Below, piece by piece: positions 29,748-37,452 of a DNA stretch of 64,000 bases. The position numbers and the translations under genes are program-made. The stretch comes from a virus: positions 361 to 64,360 of IMG/VR virus record IMGVR_UViG_3300001598_000005; one strand, given 5' to 3'. Within the stretch, counting starts at the first letter, position 1; each line of letters begins with the position of its first letter. The notes under the pieces were generated by a model. It worked only from the letters and a program-made list of their open reading frames with translations, was not told the DNA's origin and searched no databases.

Positions 29748-31232
29748 ATGAAGAAGATTAGCAATCTTTTCGGAAAGTTCTTTGGCTTATTGCTGGCTTT
29801 CCTTGCTGTTAGCGTAGGTGCTAACGCAGATGTGATGTTTGCTGCCGGTTCGGGTGTCGCTGATAGCGGTGACGTTCCTGAAGGTGGTGTTGATTCTCTT
29901 GGTGCTGAGGAGGAAATTGCAGACCCAGAATGGATCCAGAAGCATGTTGAGGCCGAGATCACTAAGATCTCACCTATGTCTACTCCATTCCTACAGATTT
30001 CGAACTATGCACAGAAGGGCAGCTGTGATGCTCAGGTAGTAAAGTATTATTCGATGGGAACTCGTCCTCTGAAGACTACTCTCGCTACAGCAATCACACA
30101 AGCTACCGGTTCAACCGATCGTACTCCAATCATTCCAACCGATCCAGGCATCTTTACCCTCGACGATACCATACTGGTACAGGGCGTAATGGGCTACGAG
30201 GAGGATGGCACCACACGATCAACCACTCAGGAACTTGTACTCTCAGTATGTGCAGTTGATGAGAATACCGGCAACTTCTCTGTGTATGCAGTCAACGGCT
30301 TCAAGTCAGGCACTTCGGAGAACATCTATTGGCCAGCCATCTCGCAGGGTGCTACCCTTGTACGAATGGGCAAGGCTTGTGCTGAGAAGGATGTAACCAC
30401 CGATCGTTACTTTGGCCTTCCTGATGCAGAGGAGCAGTATTGCCAGAACTTCATGATCATGGTAGAGCAGTCAACCTTCAACAAGATGACCAAGAAAGAG
30501 GTTAACTGGACCTTCTCTGACATTGAGGAGCAGGCAGTAGCTGATGGCAAGCTCACTCAGGAGATGTCGTTCCTCTTTGGTGCAAAGGGCAAGCATAAGC
30601 ATCGTGGCAAGAAGGGTGACAACGTATACTTTACCGGTGGCATCTGGTATCAGGCAGGCAAGCAGACCGACGTAGGTACTTATGATTCCACATCGCAGGA
30701 GACTACCATTACCGACAAGCAGCTTGTTGACATGATGCAATTCCTCTACAGCAACACCGGTATCGGTGGCAAGGAGAAGGTAGTATGCGCAGGTTCAAAA
30801 TTCCTTGCAGCTCTCGCAAAGATCGACAGCTCAAGCAAGATGATCCAGCGTCAGTCAGCAACCAAGTGGCAGCTCGAGTTCAGCGGTTTCCGTTCTAACT
30901 TCGGTTCGATCCTCGTAGTGCTCGACGAGCAGCTTGATCTTGCAGGCAAGTCTGATTGGGCATATGCAACCGATCCTGACTACATGAAGAAGCGTACCTT
31001 CAAGTCATGGTCACGCTCTATCTATGACATGAAGGAGCTTGCAATCCGCAATACTGAGGCAGTAGTAATCCAGGAGGTGTGCTGCTTGTTCCTCACTAAC
31101 CGTTGCGCTCATGCCCGTCTGCATCTCGCTGGTGCTACTCCTGTAGCTACCGTAGATCTGGCTCCTGCTCGTGGCAAGATCGATATGAGCCATACCGGTT
31201 CACTCAACTACAGTGACAACGGCCATGCATAA
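29748..31232 (+). CDS. Major capsid protein with N-terminal hydrophobic leader
   Basis: PMSTPF, QYCQNF, EMSFLFG.K, FTGGI; strongly biased codon usage; position after scaffold. Confidence 0.75.
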   Translation: MKKISNLFGKFFGLLLAFLAVSVGANADVMFAAGSGVADSGDVPEGGVDSLGAEEEIADPEWIQKHVEAEITKISPMSTPFLQISNYAQKGSCDAQVVKYYSMGTRPLKTTLATAITQATGSTDRTPIIPTDPGIFTLDDTILVQGVMGYEEDGTTRSTTQELVLSVCAVDENTGNFSVYAVNGFKSGTSENIYWPAISQGATLVRMGKACAEKDVTTDRYFGLPDAEEQYCQNFMIMVEQSTFNKMTKKEVNWTFSDIEEQAVADGKLTQEMSFLFGAKGKHKHRGKKGDNVYFTGGIWYQAGKQTDVGTYDSTSQETTITDKQLVDMMQFLYSNTGIGGKEKVVCAGSKFLAALAKIDSSSKMIQRQSATKWQLEFSGFRSNFGSILVVLDEQLDLAGKSDWAYATDPDYMKKRTFKSWSRSIYDMKELAIRNTEAVVIQEVCCLFLTNRCAHARLHLAGATPVATVDLAPARGKIDMSHTGSLNYSDNGHA

Positions 31233-31324
31233 GCATAAGATTTTTTTCATGTAAATAATAGTGTGGAAGGCACGGGCTATCGATAGTTATCCCGTGCCTA
31301 TTTCCATTTATAACAGTAGATATT

Positions 31325-31843
31325 ATGGTAAAGAGATATATTGCCAAATGTCAACTAAGGATCATCGTCGATGGTATTGGCTATTCGTTCAATACTACAA
31401 GTGGAGGAAAGTCAGAATTGGTCACTGTCGACGAGAGGGTGCAGAATGCCATTGAGAGACATCCTGATTATGGCCACTCGTTCTTCCTTGATACGACATT
31501 GATGGCTGAACAGAAAGCACGCGAAGAGGCTGCTGAGGCTAAGGCAAGAGAGATTCAGGAAAAGAAAGATGCTCTTGAGAAGATGCGAATCGACAAGATG
31601 ATAGAGAAGACTGCTCCGGTAAACAAGACAGGTGATGAAGAGGAAATAAAGCAGAATGTACCAATTCAGGAGGTTGAGGTTACCGATGACGGATTTACCG
31701 TAGTTGAGGCAGCATCAATAACAGATGCACGAAATTATCTTTTCCAGCAGTTTGGTATTGCCAAATCGAGAATGATTAAGCGAAACGATCTTTTTGACCG
31801 TGCTCGTGAATGCTCGATAAAGTTTATCGGCAAAGACTTCTGA
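31325..31843 (+). CDS. Hypothetical head-associated protein
   Basis: 172 aa downstream of the capsid gene. Confidence 0.6.
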   Translation: MVKRYIAKCQLRIIVDGIGYSFNTTSGGKSELVTVDERVQNAIERHPDYGHSFFLDTTLMAEQKAREEAAEAKAREIQEKKDALEKMRIDKMIEKTAPVNKTGDEEEIKQNVPIQEVEVTDDGFTVVEAASITDARNYLFQQFGIAKSRMIKRNDLFDRARECSIKFIGKDF

Positions 31844-31858
31844 TCTATATATAAGCGA

Positions 31859-31897
31859 AGAGTGACTGCCCTCACGGGTGGTCACTCCTCTTTTTTA
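31859..31897. terminator. Bidirectional terminator between late and early operons
   Basis: GAGTGACTGCCC-TCAC-GGGTGGTCACTC followed by a T-run. Confidence 0.75.
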
Positions 31898-31979
31898 TTA
31901 ATATGAAACCAAATTTCTATCCATACACAAACATGGAAAGATATCTTTGAATATGCATTCTTCACAATTGTATCTCATA

Positions 31980-32399
31980 TCACATGAAGAACACGTCAAT
32001 AATATTCGTTTCAGCTATCGATGCAATCTCGTAATCATACATCGATCCTGCCATATACTCTTTAATCTTTGGCAGTGTGCTTTCAAAGCTCGATGCCTTG
32101 ACAAGTATCTTCGAAGGCTTTTTCTTGATTGAACCAGTCTTCTCTTCGATAGTCAAAAGGTTTATCTTCACAGCATACCATTTGTCACCATCCACACTGT
32201 TTACGATATCTGAGATATTAAGTCTCTTGACTGCTGACGCTTCAAATTCGCATGAGATATAGGGCTTCATGTATTCAATGATCCTATACTCAGCCTCAGA
32301 GAATGTCATAGCGTCTAAGATGTATGACTCTGTTACCTTTTTTGATATACAGTTTTCGAGTTTCTCGTATTTGATACGGCATTCAAACCACATTTTCAT
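31980..32399 (-). CDS. DUF4494-like protein
   Basis: WFECRIKYEK..KKVTESY..DAMTFSEAE; IAETNIIDVF. Confidence 0.85.
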   Translation of the reverse strand: MKMWFECRIKYEKLENCISKKVTESYILDAMTFSEAEYRIIEYMKPYISCEFEASAVKRLNISDIVNSVDGDKWYAVKINLLTIEEKTGSIKKKPSKILVKASSFESTLPKIKEYMAGSMYDYEIASIAETNIIDVFFM

Positions 32400-32401
32400 A
32401 A

Positions 32402-32650
32402 TTACTTATATTTTTTATTGTCATTAATGAATTGTTGTATTGTCTCTTGTAGCGAATCGAATCTAAGTTGTTCCGAACTGCTCGGTAACTCTCCGGTCGA
32501 TACTTTTTGCATTGTACTTACTGAAAGCTTCAACGCCTCGGTTACGTCATTATAACTTGGCATCTTCACTTTTTCAGAATCTCTCCATTTCATGTAATTT
32601 TCGATCACATAAATTGCTTTCTCGTATGTCATATTTTTTATTAGTGTCAA
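32402..32650 (-). CDS. Hypothetical protein
   Basis: ORF in the tightly packed early operon. Confidence 0.55.
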   Translation of the reverse strand: MTLIKNMTYEKAIYVIENYMKWRDSEKVKMPSYNDVTEALKLSVSTMQKVSTGELPSSSEQLRFDSLQETIQQFINDNKKYK

Positions 32651-33063
32651 TTGTTCATTGCGTTACGGAATGCGTTTACTAATTCATCGACCGTCCAATA
32701 AGTACGGCTTGAGATGTCTGTTGGGTGTCGAGGGTCTATCGTGGACTCATCGTACAACTCTCCTTTCAGCCACTCGCAAGCCTTGTCGATGTCGATGGAT
32801 TGCTGCCATTCAAGGAATTCCTCTATTGTAGGATGTCGATTATTCTCTCGCTTAAAATTGCTTAACTCAAGCTGTGGTGTGCAATGTAGCTTGTACCATT
32901 CAGCTCCATCAATGTATGCTTGTTTAATATCTCCATAACAAAGATATTTTCGATAATGACCATCAGCCTTATCTTGCTTGATTTTTTCATTCCTATATGC
33001 GGTAGCCGCTTCAACTATTTCTTTGTTCGTCATATATGTAGTACAATTAGGGGCATAAGTCAC
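32647..33063 (-). CDS. Hypothetical protein
   Basis: AYIDGAEW and IDKACEWL motifs; start uncertain. Confidence 0.6.
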   Translation of the reverse strand: MTYAPNCTTYMTNKEIVEAATAYRNEKIKQDKADGHYRKYLCYGDIKQAYIDGAEWYKLHCTPQLELSNFKRENNRHPTIEEFLEWQQSIDIDKACEWLKGELYDESTIDPRHPTDISSRTYWTVDELVNAFRNAMNN

Positions 33064-33070
33064 TGGGTTG

Positions 33071-33370
33071 TTAAAGGTGTCCTTCGTGCTTCAACACAGA
33101 ATTAACCTCGTCTATCACTCTCGTCAGCTTCTGCTTGTTTCGCTTCGTAAACCTCTTATTCGGATGCTCGATAAAGTTAACTTGCAGAGCTTCTCTGTGA
33201 GGAATATGGCGCATATCAAGATACTTTATGAGGTTCTTCGGGTTCAAACCATCCAGCACCTCAAACCAATCTTCCTCGTCCATATTGACCTTGATGATTC
33301 GCTTCGTTGCATCGTTTGGATCGGGCAGGACATCTGCTATAGATGCGTTCTTTAATGTTAGCTGTGGCAT
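33071..33370 (-). CDS. Hypothetical protein
   Basis: ATG 33370 in the operon. Confidence 0.55.
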   Translation of the reverse strand: MPQLTLKNASIADVLPDPNDATKRIIKVNMDEEDWFEVLDGLNPKNLIKYLDMRHIPHREALQVNFIEHPNKRFTKRNKQKLTRVIDEVNSVLKHEGHL

Positions 33371-33371
33371 A

Positions 33372-33581
33372 TCATATATCAATTTGAATTTCACCGCTAC
33401 CAATCTTTGCCATCGTCTTGAAGATATTCGTGCATTGTGTGCATAGTCTTGGATTGCAGTTTGACCTTCCTACCTTAGAGCAATACGAAAATATACCTTC
33501 ATCCACTCTCCACATACAATCGTATGCGAGTGCAGCAATGATGAGGTCTTTCGTGATCTTCGTTCCTTTTGGTTTTGCCAT
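33372..33581 (-). CDS. Small Cys-rich hypothetical protein
   Basis: ATG 33581; five Cys. Confidence 0.5.
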   Translation of the reverse strand: MAKPKGTKITKDLIIAALAYDCMWRVDEGIFSYCSKVGRSNCNPRLCTQCTNIFKTMAKIGSGEIQIDI

Positions 33582-33727
33582 ATCATTTCTTGGTTGCTTT
33601 ATTGTCTTTGTCCTCACCAGCTATCTTCAGTCCTTCGATTTTAACGATGCCGTTTTTGCCAAAGATAATCTTACCAATACTGGCATTTCCATCGATGATA
33701 ATGCCGTTGTTCTGTTTAATTTTCATA

Positions 33728-34168
33728 TCACTTGATTTTGAAGTTGTCAGCCAGTTCTGTCAATCCACACAGACGTAGGGCGTGCTGAAATTGATGAACA
33801 TACTTGCAAGGAAAGTGTGAATTATCAAGCACGAACTCGTCTTTTTTCACTTCTGCAAGATTCATATAATATCTTTTACGAGGATTTTCTATGCTTTCGC
33901 AAGTCCAGATGTAGTAATAATCTTTCCATTCTTCGTAATATATATCGACAAATGTAGGTTCATAATAACTTTTTGTAAGCATATAATACCCATTCGCCTT
34001 GAGTATTTCCTCTGTCAGCGGAATAGGCTTCAAATCGCCTATCTCAACCTCTAAACCGTCTTCGTCTGTTACAACGTATGGGTCTTTGTTGTAGATTCCA
34101 GTTATGCGGAATGGAGTCGGGTCAGTGCATACCACCCAATCACCTGTCATTAGTTCTTGTGGTAGCAT
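33728..34168 (-). CDS. YopX-like phage protein
   Basis: ELMTGDWV..LKPIPLTEEILKANG..YVHQFQHALRLCG. Confidence 0.65.
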   Translation of the reverse strand: MLPQELMTGDWVVCTDPTPFRITGIYNKDPYVVTDEDGLEVEIGDLKPIPLTEEILKANGYYMLTKSYYEPTFVDIYYEEWKDYYYIWTCESIENPRKRYYMNLAEVKKDEFVLDNSHFPCKYVHQFQHALRLCGLTELADNFKIK

Positions 34169-34169
34169 A

Positions 34170-34598
34170 TCACTTAATATTTGGGTTGTTTGGTAATCTC
34201 ATCCAGTGAGTAATACGATAGTCAGCATAGTCACTAACGTGGTTATCTCCGTCTGGGTCGTGACCAACACTATCTGCATCACACCAATACTTTGATAGGT
34301 CATCATAAACATAGATGCACCATTCGCATAAGAACTTGTCGTAGCATAAGCATCTCTCAAGGTGCTTTGGCTTATTGCTTGTCTTCGATTCGTTTATCTT
34401 TAATTGTTCATCAACAAGTCCTTCGTTCAAACGATCTATCTCATAACGAAGAATCTTGTTCTCGTCTAATGCTCTGTCAGCCTTGCGATTTATATCAAAG
34501 ATATAATCTCTCATGTCTCGCAGTCTTGACAAGCAAGTGCTATACATTGCAGCGACAAGAACTGCAAGAAGTGTTATTGCTATATATTCGTAGTTCAT
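34170..34598 (-). CDS. TM-anchored protein with DUF551-like C-terminus
   Basis: N-terminal TM; ITHWMRLP. Confidence 0.6.
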   Translation of the reverse strand: MNYEYIAITLLAVLVAAMYSTCLSRLRDMRDYIFDINRKADRALDENKILRYEIDRLNEGLVDEQLKINESKTSNKPKHLERCLCYDKFLCEWCIYVYDDLSKYWCDADSVGHDPDGDNHVSDYADYRITHWMRLPNNPNIK

Positions 34599-34600
34599 AT

Positions 34601-34792
34601 TTACTTTATTATTGATTTTTCAACCTCATTGTTCATGCGCTCTATTGCGACATCGATTGCCTCGCCAATTTCCTTCGGTAGGTACGGACAGCCACGATAA
34701 GTCTCTGGAGTCTCGCCATCGTAAGGATGTTCGCCACGTCTCCACTTGTTAAACTCGGTTAAAATCGTTATTGCTTCTCGTATTGTCAACAC
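34601..34792 (-). CDS. Hypothetical protein
   Basis: FNKWRRG..PKEIGEAIDVAI. Confidence 0.6.
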   Translation of the reverse strand: MLTIREAITILTEFNKWRRGEHPYDGETPETYRGCPYLPKEIGEAIDVAIERMNNEVEKSIIK

Positions 34793-34806
34793 TTTCGATA
34801 AGACCT

Positions 34807-34947
34807 TTAATAGTTATGTGTATCATACTTTTCTTCGTTATCCTCTCCGTAGGTGCAATGCCCGACCTCTATCTCTGCGTATGGGCATCTATGTGGTCTT
34901 GGGCATTGATCTACTGGTGTGGTTTGGAATTTACAGATGTGTTTCAT
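34807..34947 (-). CDS. 46-aa Cys/His-rich protein
   Basis: Manual translation MKHICKF...; ATGA-coupled to TRD module 7. Confidence 0.45.
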   Translation of the reverse strand: MKHICKFQTTPVDQCPRPHRCPYAEIEVGHCTYGEDNEEKYDTHNY

Positions 34948-35102
34948 AAGTCTTCTTCATTAATAATTAGTATTTTGGGGCAATTTCCGTGACCAGAGGT
35001 GTGGCAGTCGCTTATTCCTCTTGGATCGATGACTGCACCATCCTGAGAGGAGTTGATGTGACAGACAATTCGTATTCGATGATGACCATCGAGCCTGAGC
35101 AT
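34944..35102 (-). CDS. Stand-alone TRD-like module 7 (52 aa, intact, no internal G tract)
   Basis: MLRLDGHHRIRIVCHINSSQDGAVIDPRGISDCHTSGHGNCPKILIINEEDL; missed by the ORF track. Confidence 0.65.
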   Translation of the reverse strand: MLRLDGHHRIRIVCHINSSQDGAVIDPRGISDCHTSGHGNCPKILIINEEDL

Positions 35103-35223
35103 GGGAAATGCCCCCCCCTCGCGTCAGTCCAGACAAGCAAGCGACATCGTGGTATCTTGCACGAATTGCGAATGAACATCCGTCAGCGGTGGTGTTCTGT
35201 GGGATATGAAATTCTTGCTTCAT
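35012..35223 (-). CDS. TRD-like module 6, frameshifted at G8 (35111-35118); in frame at G9 or G6
   Basis: Corrected: MKQEFHIPQNTTADGCSFAIRARYHDVACLSGLTRGGGHFPCSGSMVIIEYE... Confidence 0.65.
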
Positions 35224-35357
35224 TGATTTCTAATATACACGTTCCAGATGTTCCGTACTGACCATAGATAAGCGTTGCACCTCCGTATTTGTAGTAGCCA
35301 GATGTGATTGTGACTGCTGCCCCCCGAATCTGCGTTAAGTGGAAATAGCTTCTTCAT
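35183..35357 (-). CDS. TRD-like module 5, frameshifted at G6 (35320-35325); in frame at G5 or G8
   Basis: Corrected: MKKLFPLNADSG(G)AAVTITSGYYKYGGATLIYGQYGTSGTCILEINE... Confidence 0.65.
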
Positions 35358-35503
35358 ATTCTTCTGCATAGGCAATACCAGCATCGCTTACATTCGCTTT
35401 TAAGCATCTTGAAATGTTTTCATACCCCCCCCCTAAAAAACTTTTGAGAGGCATTTGTGTATACTCCAGACGGAATAATGCATTTGTATATTGGATTGCC
35501 CAT
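35335..35503 (-). CDS. TRD-like module 4, frameshifted at G9 (35425-35433); in frame at G8
   Basis: Corrected: MGNPIYKCIIPSGVYTNASQKFFRGGYENISRCLKANVSDAGIAYAEEYEEAIST; ATG overlaps the MTase TGA. Confidence 0.7.
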
Positions 35504-36675
35504 CAGAACTCGAACTCTAAAAGACCTTGACCTCTGTTGTCTGTTCTCGTCTCGATGGTTGCATCGTACTCTGGATAGAAGAGGTTGTTGAAGATATGGA
35601 CCATACATCCTACTACGATGGAGTTGCCTGCCATCTTGTATAACTGCGACTTGGAGATGACGAGCCGCTCGACCATGTCGGTGCTACCTTTCTTAGCAGG
35701 GACAATCTCGGTGGTCATCAGCTGGTCGATGCGGTTGTCTTGCACGTCCATCAGACGGAAGCATTCACGCGGTGTGAGCTTGCGGATGCGGAAGCGGATG
35801 CCGTACTTGTGCTGCACTCCGTTGTCGTCTGTTTCGTAGCGAATCCACTTGGGCTGGTCGTCTTCGTAGGTGAGGTCGTATATATTTCCTGACGGCGCTG
35901 TGACGTGGATAGGGAGACCGTTGGCGTCTTTTTCTTCGTCTGGCGCGTCTGCGCTTTTCTTTGGGTTGTCGCTGAAGTCGTGGTTGTTGGTGAACTCGCT
36001 GCTGTTTCGTAGGAAGCCATCAACAGCCTTGTCGGAAAGGTAGTATGACTCATCGACTTCTTGCTCAAGTATGTCGGCAAGTACCCGCTCAAGTGGGAAT
36101 GGCTTGTGGAACTGGTAGCGGTTGGCAATGTCGTCGCGGATGGAGATCATGAACATTCGCTCTCTGTTCTGCGGCACTCCGTAGTCCTTCGCGTTCATTA
36201 CTGCCCAGTAGTTCTTGTATCCGTATGACTCTACGCGGTCGCACCACGATTGGAACATTGGCATGAATTTCTTGCTGACGATAGCCTTGACGTTCTCTTG
36301 CATCAGATACTTAGGGCGAAGGTCGCGGATAGCTTTCTCGGTGTGCCAGAGGATTCCGCTTCGTGTGTCGCTTCCCTCGTCGAATCCTCGCTGCTTGCCT
36401 GCCTGACTGATGTCTTGGCAAGGTGTGGAGTAGGTAAGTAGGTCGATGCCTCCTTCAATCTTTCCGAGTGAAAGCCAATCTACCTTCGTCATGTCTCCAA
36501 GATTACGGTCAGCATACTGAGGAAATAGCAGGTTGTGACCTTGGATTGCGTACTTGTCGATTTCGCACCACGCGATGAGGTCATAGTCGAAATCTGGATG
36601 TTGATTCTTGATCTGGTCAAGAGCGAGGAATTGGCTATCATAGCCGCTGCAAAGTGTTACTACGTTAAGTTTCAT
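35503..36675 (-). CDS. C5 DNA cytosine methyltransferase core
   Basis: Motif I LCSGYDS, IV STPCQD, VI ENV, VIII QNRER, IX RKLTPRECFRLM, X KMAGNSI. Confidence 0.95.
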   Translation of the reverse strand: MKLNVVTLCSGYDSQFLALDQIKNQHPDFDYDLIAWCEIDKYAIQGHNLLFPQYADRNLGDMTKVDWLSLGKIEGGIDLLTYSTPCQDISQAGKQRGFDEGSDTRSGILWHTEKAIRDLRPKYLMQENVKAIVSKKFMPMFQSWCDRVESYGYKNYWAVMNAKDYGVPQNRERMFMISIRDDIANRYQFHKPFPLERVLADILEQEVDESYYLSDKAVDGFLRNSSEFTNNHDFSDNPKKSADAPDEEKDANGLPIHVTAPSGNIYDLTYEDDQPKWIRYETDDNGVQHKYGIRFRIRKLTPRECFRLMDVQDNRIDQLMTTEIVPAKKGSTDMVERLVISKSQLYKMAGNSIVVGCMVHIFNNLFYPEYDATIETRTDNRGQGLLEFEF

Positions 36676-36823
36676 ATTTCGTGTTCTGATATTTCTGTTA
36701 CGAATCTGCCGAAGCTGCCATCAACTCTTGTGTGCAGTGTTCCGCAGATGGAATCGTTGGTTGCTCGGTCATATGGGTCGAGGTACTGCCCCCCCTAATG
36801 GGGACTATCCTTTTGGATAGCAT
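36672..36823 (-). CDS. TRD-like module 3, frameshifted at G7 (36789-36795); in frame at G8
   Basis: Corrected: MLSKRIVPIRGGQYLDPYDRATNDSICGTLHTRVDGSFGRFVTEISEHEI; corrected TGA overlaps the MTase ATG. Confidence 0.7.
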
Positions 36824-36824
36824 C

Positions 36825-37019
36825 TCAGCGAGTTGCCATGGGAATGGGTATTTCATCTATTATGAATACATAAGGTGTTGTGTTTGCCATCTCGCTTCCG
36901 TTGCAGCACACGCCCCCCCCTGCGAATGTTGTGATGCTGTTGCAGATGTCGCGCATCGGTCTTGGTGGGTTGTTGTGGTGCCCTTCACCACGGCTCCATG
37001 ATAGTATCTTGAATTTCAT
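36825..37019 (-). CDS. TRD-like module 2, in frame (ON) with G8 (36913-36920)
   Basis: MKFKILSWSRG...DICNSITTFAGGGVCCNGSEMANTTPYVFIIDE. Confidence 0.7.
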   Translation of the reverse strand: MKFKILSWSRGEGHHNNPPRPMRDICNSITTFAGGGVCCNGSEMANTTPYVFIIDEIPIPMATR

Positions 37020-37153
37020 ATTCGATTGTTGTTTCGTATAGAAGCACTCCGTTGCTTTCGCTTGTTAGTGCAGGATGAATATTCCCGAAGCATTGTACTC
37101 TTGCTCGTCTGTAAGTAGATGAAGGATAGCTGCTGTCGAATACCCCCCCCCAT
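36985..37153 (-). CDS. TRD-like module 1, frameshifted at G9 (37143-37151)
   Basis: G8 gives MGGVFDSSYPSSTYRRARVQCFGNIHPALTSESNGVLLYETTIEYE...; G7 or G10 would fuse it to the upstream ORF. Confidence 0.65.
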
Positions 37154-37427
37154 ATAGCACTTTGTTGAACCTGACAAACCTTTTGTCGTAGCAGCAGTTT
37201 TGCAGTAGTTGCTTTATCTTGTCCGTACGATCGATCATTGAATCATAGCTTAATGTGATCTTTGAATTTGCATGAATGCCTAATACATTGATATCGTACC
37301 CCAAATTCTCAAGAGTACATGCAATCTCATCAATGCTGCTTTTCTTGAATACTTTGTATCCGTGCTCTTATATGTATTCAACAATTTCGTAAATGTTGAA
37401 ATCGGATAAGTCTACTTCTATTCTCAT
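37065..37427 (-). pseudogene. Hypothetical gene with in-frame TAA at codon 20
   Basis: MRIEVDLSDFNIYEIVEYI*EHGYKVFKK...; TAA at 37368-37370, and the frame continues into ORF 37065..37304. Confidence 0.55.
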
Positions 37428-37452
37428 AATATTTTGTTAGCTGCAATGAGTA

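Noticed and set aside
34960-35223. 87-aa ORF as listed in the track
   Set aside because: Its C-terminal half is the out-of-frame read-through of the G8 tract; the coherent sequences are in the other two frames
37368-37370. Stop-codon reassignment
   Set aside because: TAA, TAG and TGA all terminate normal genes here, coding density is high under the standard code, and no suppressor tRNA is present
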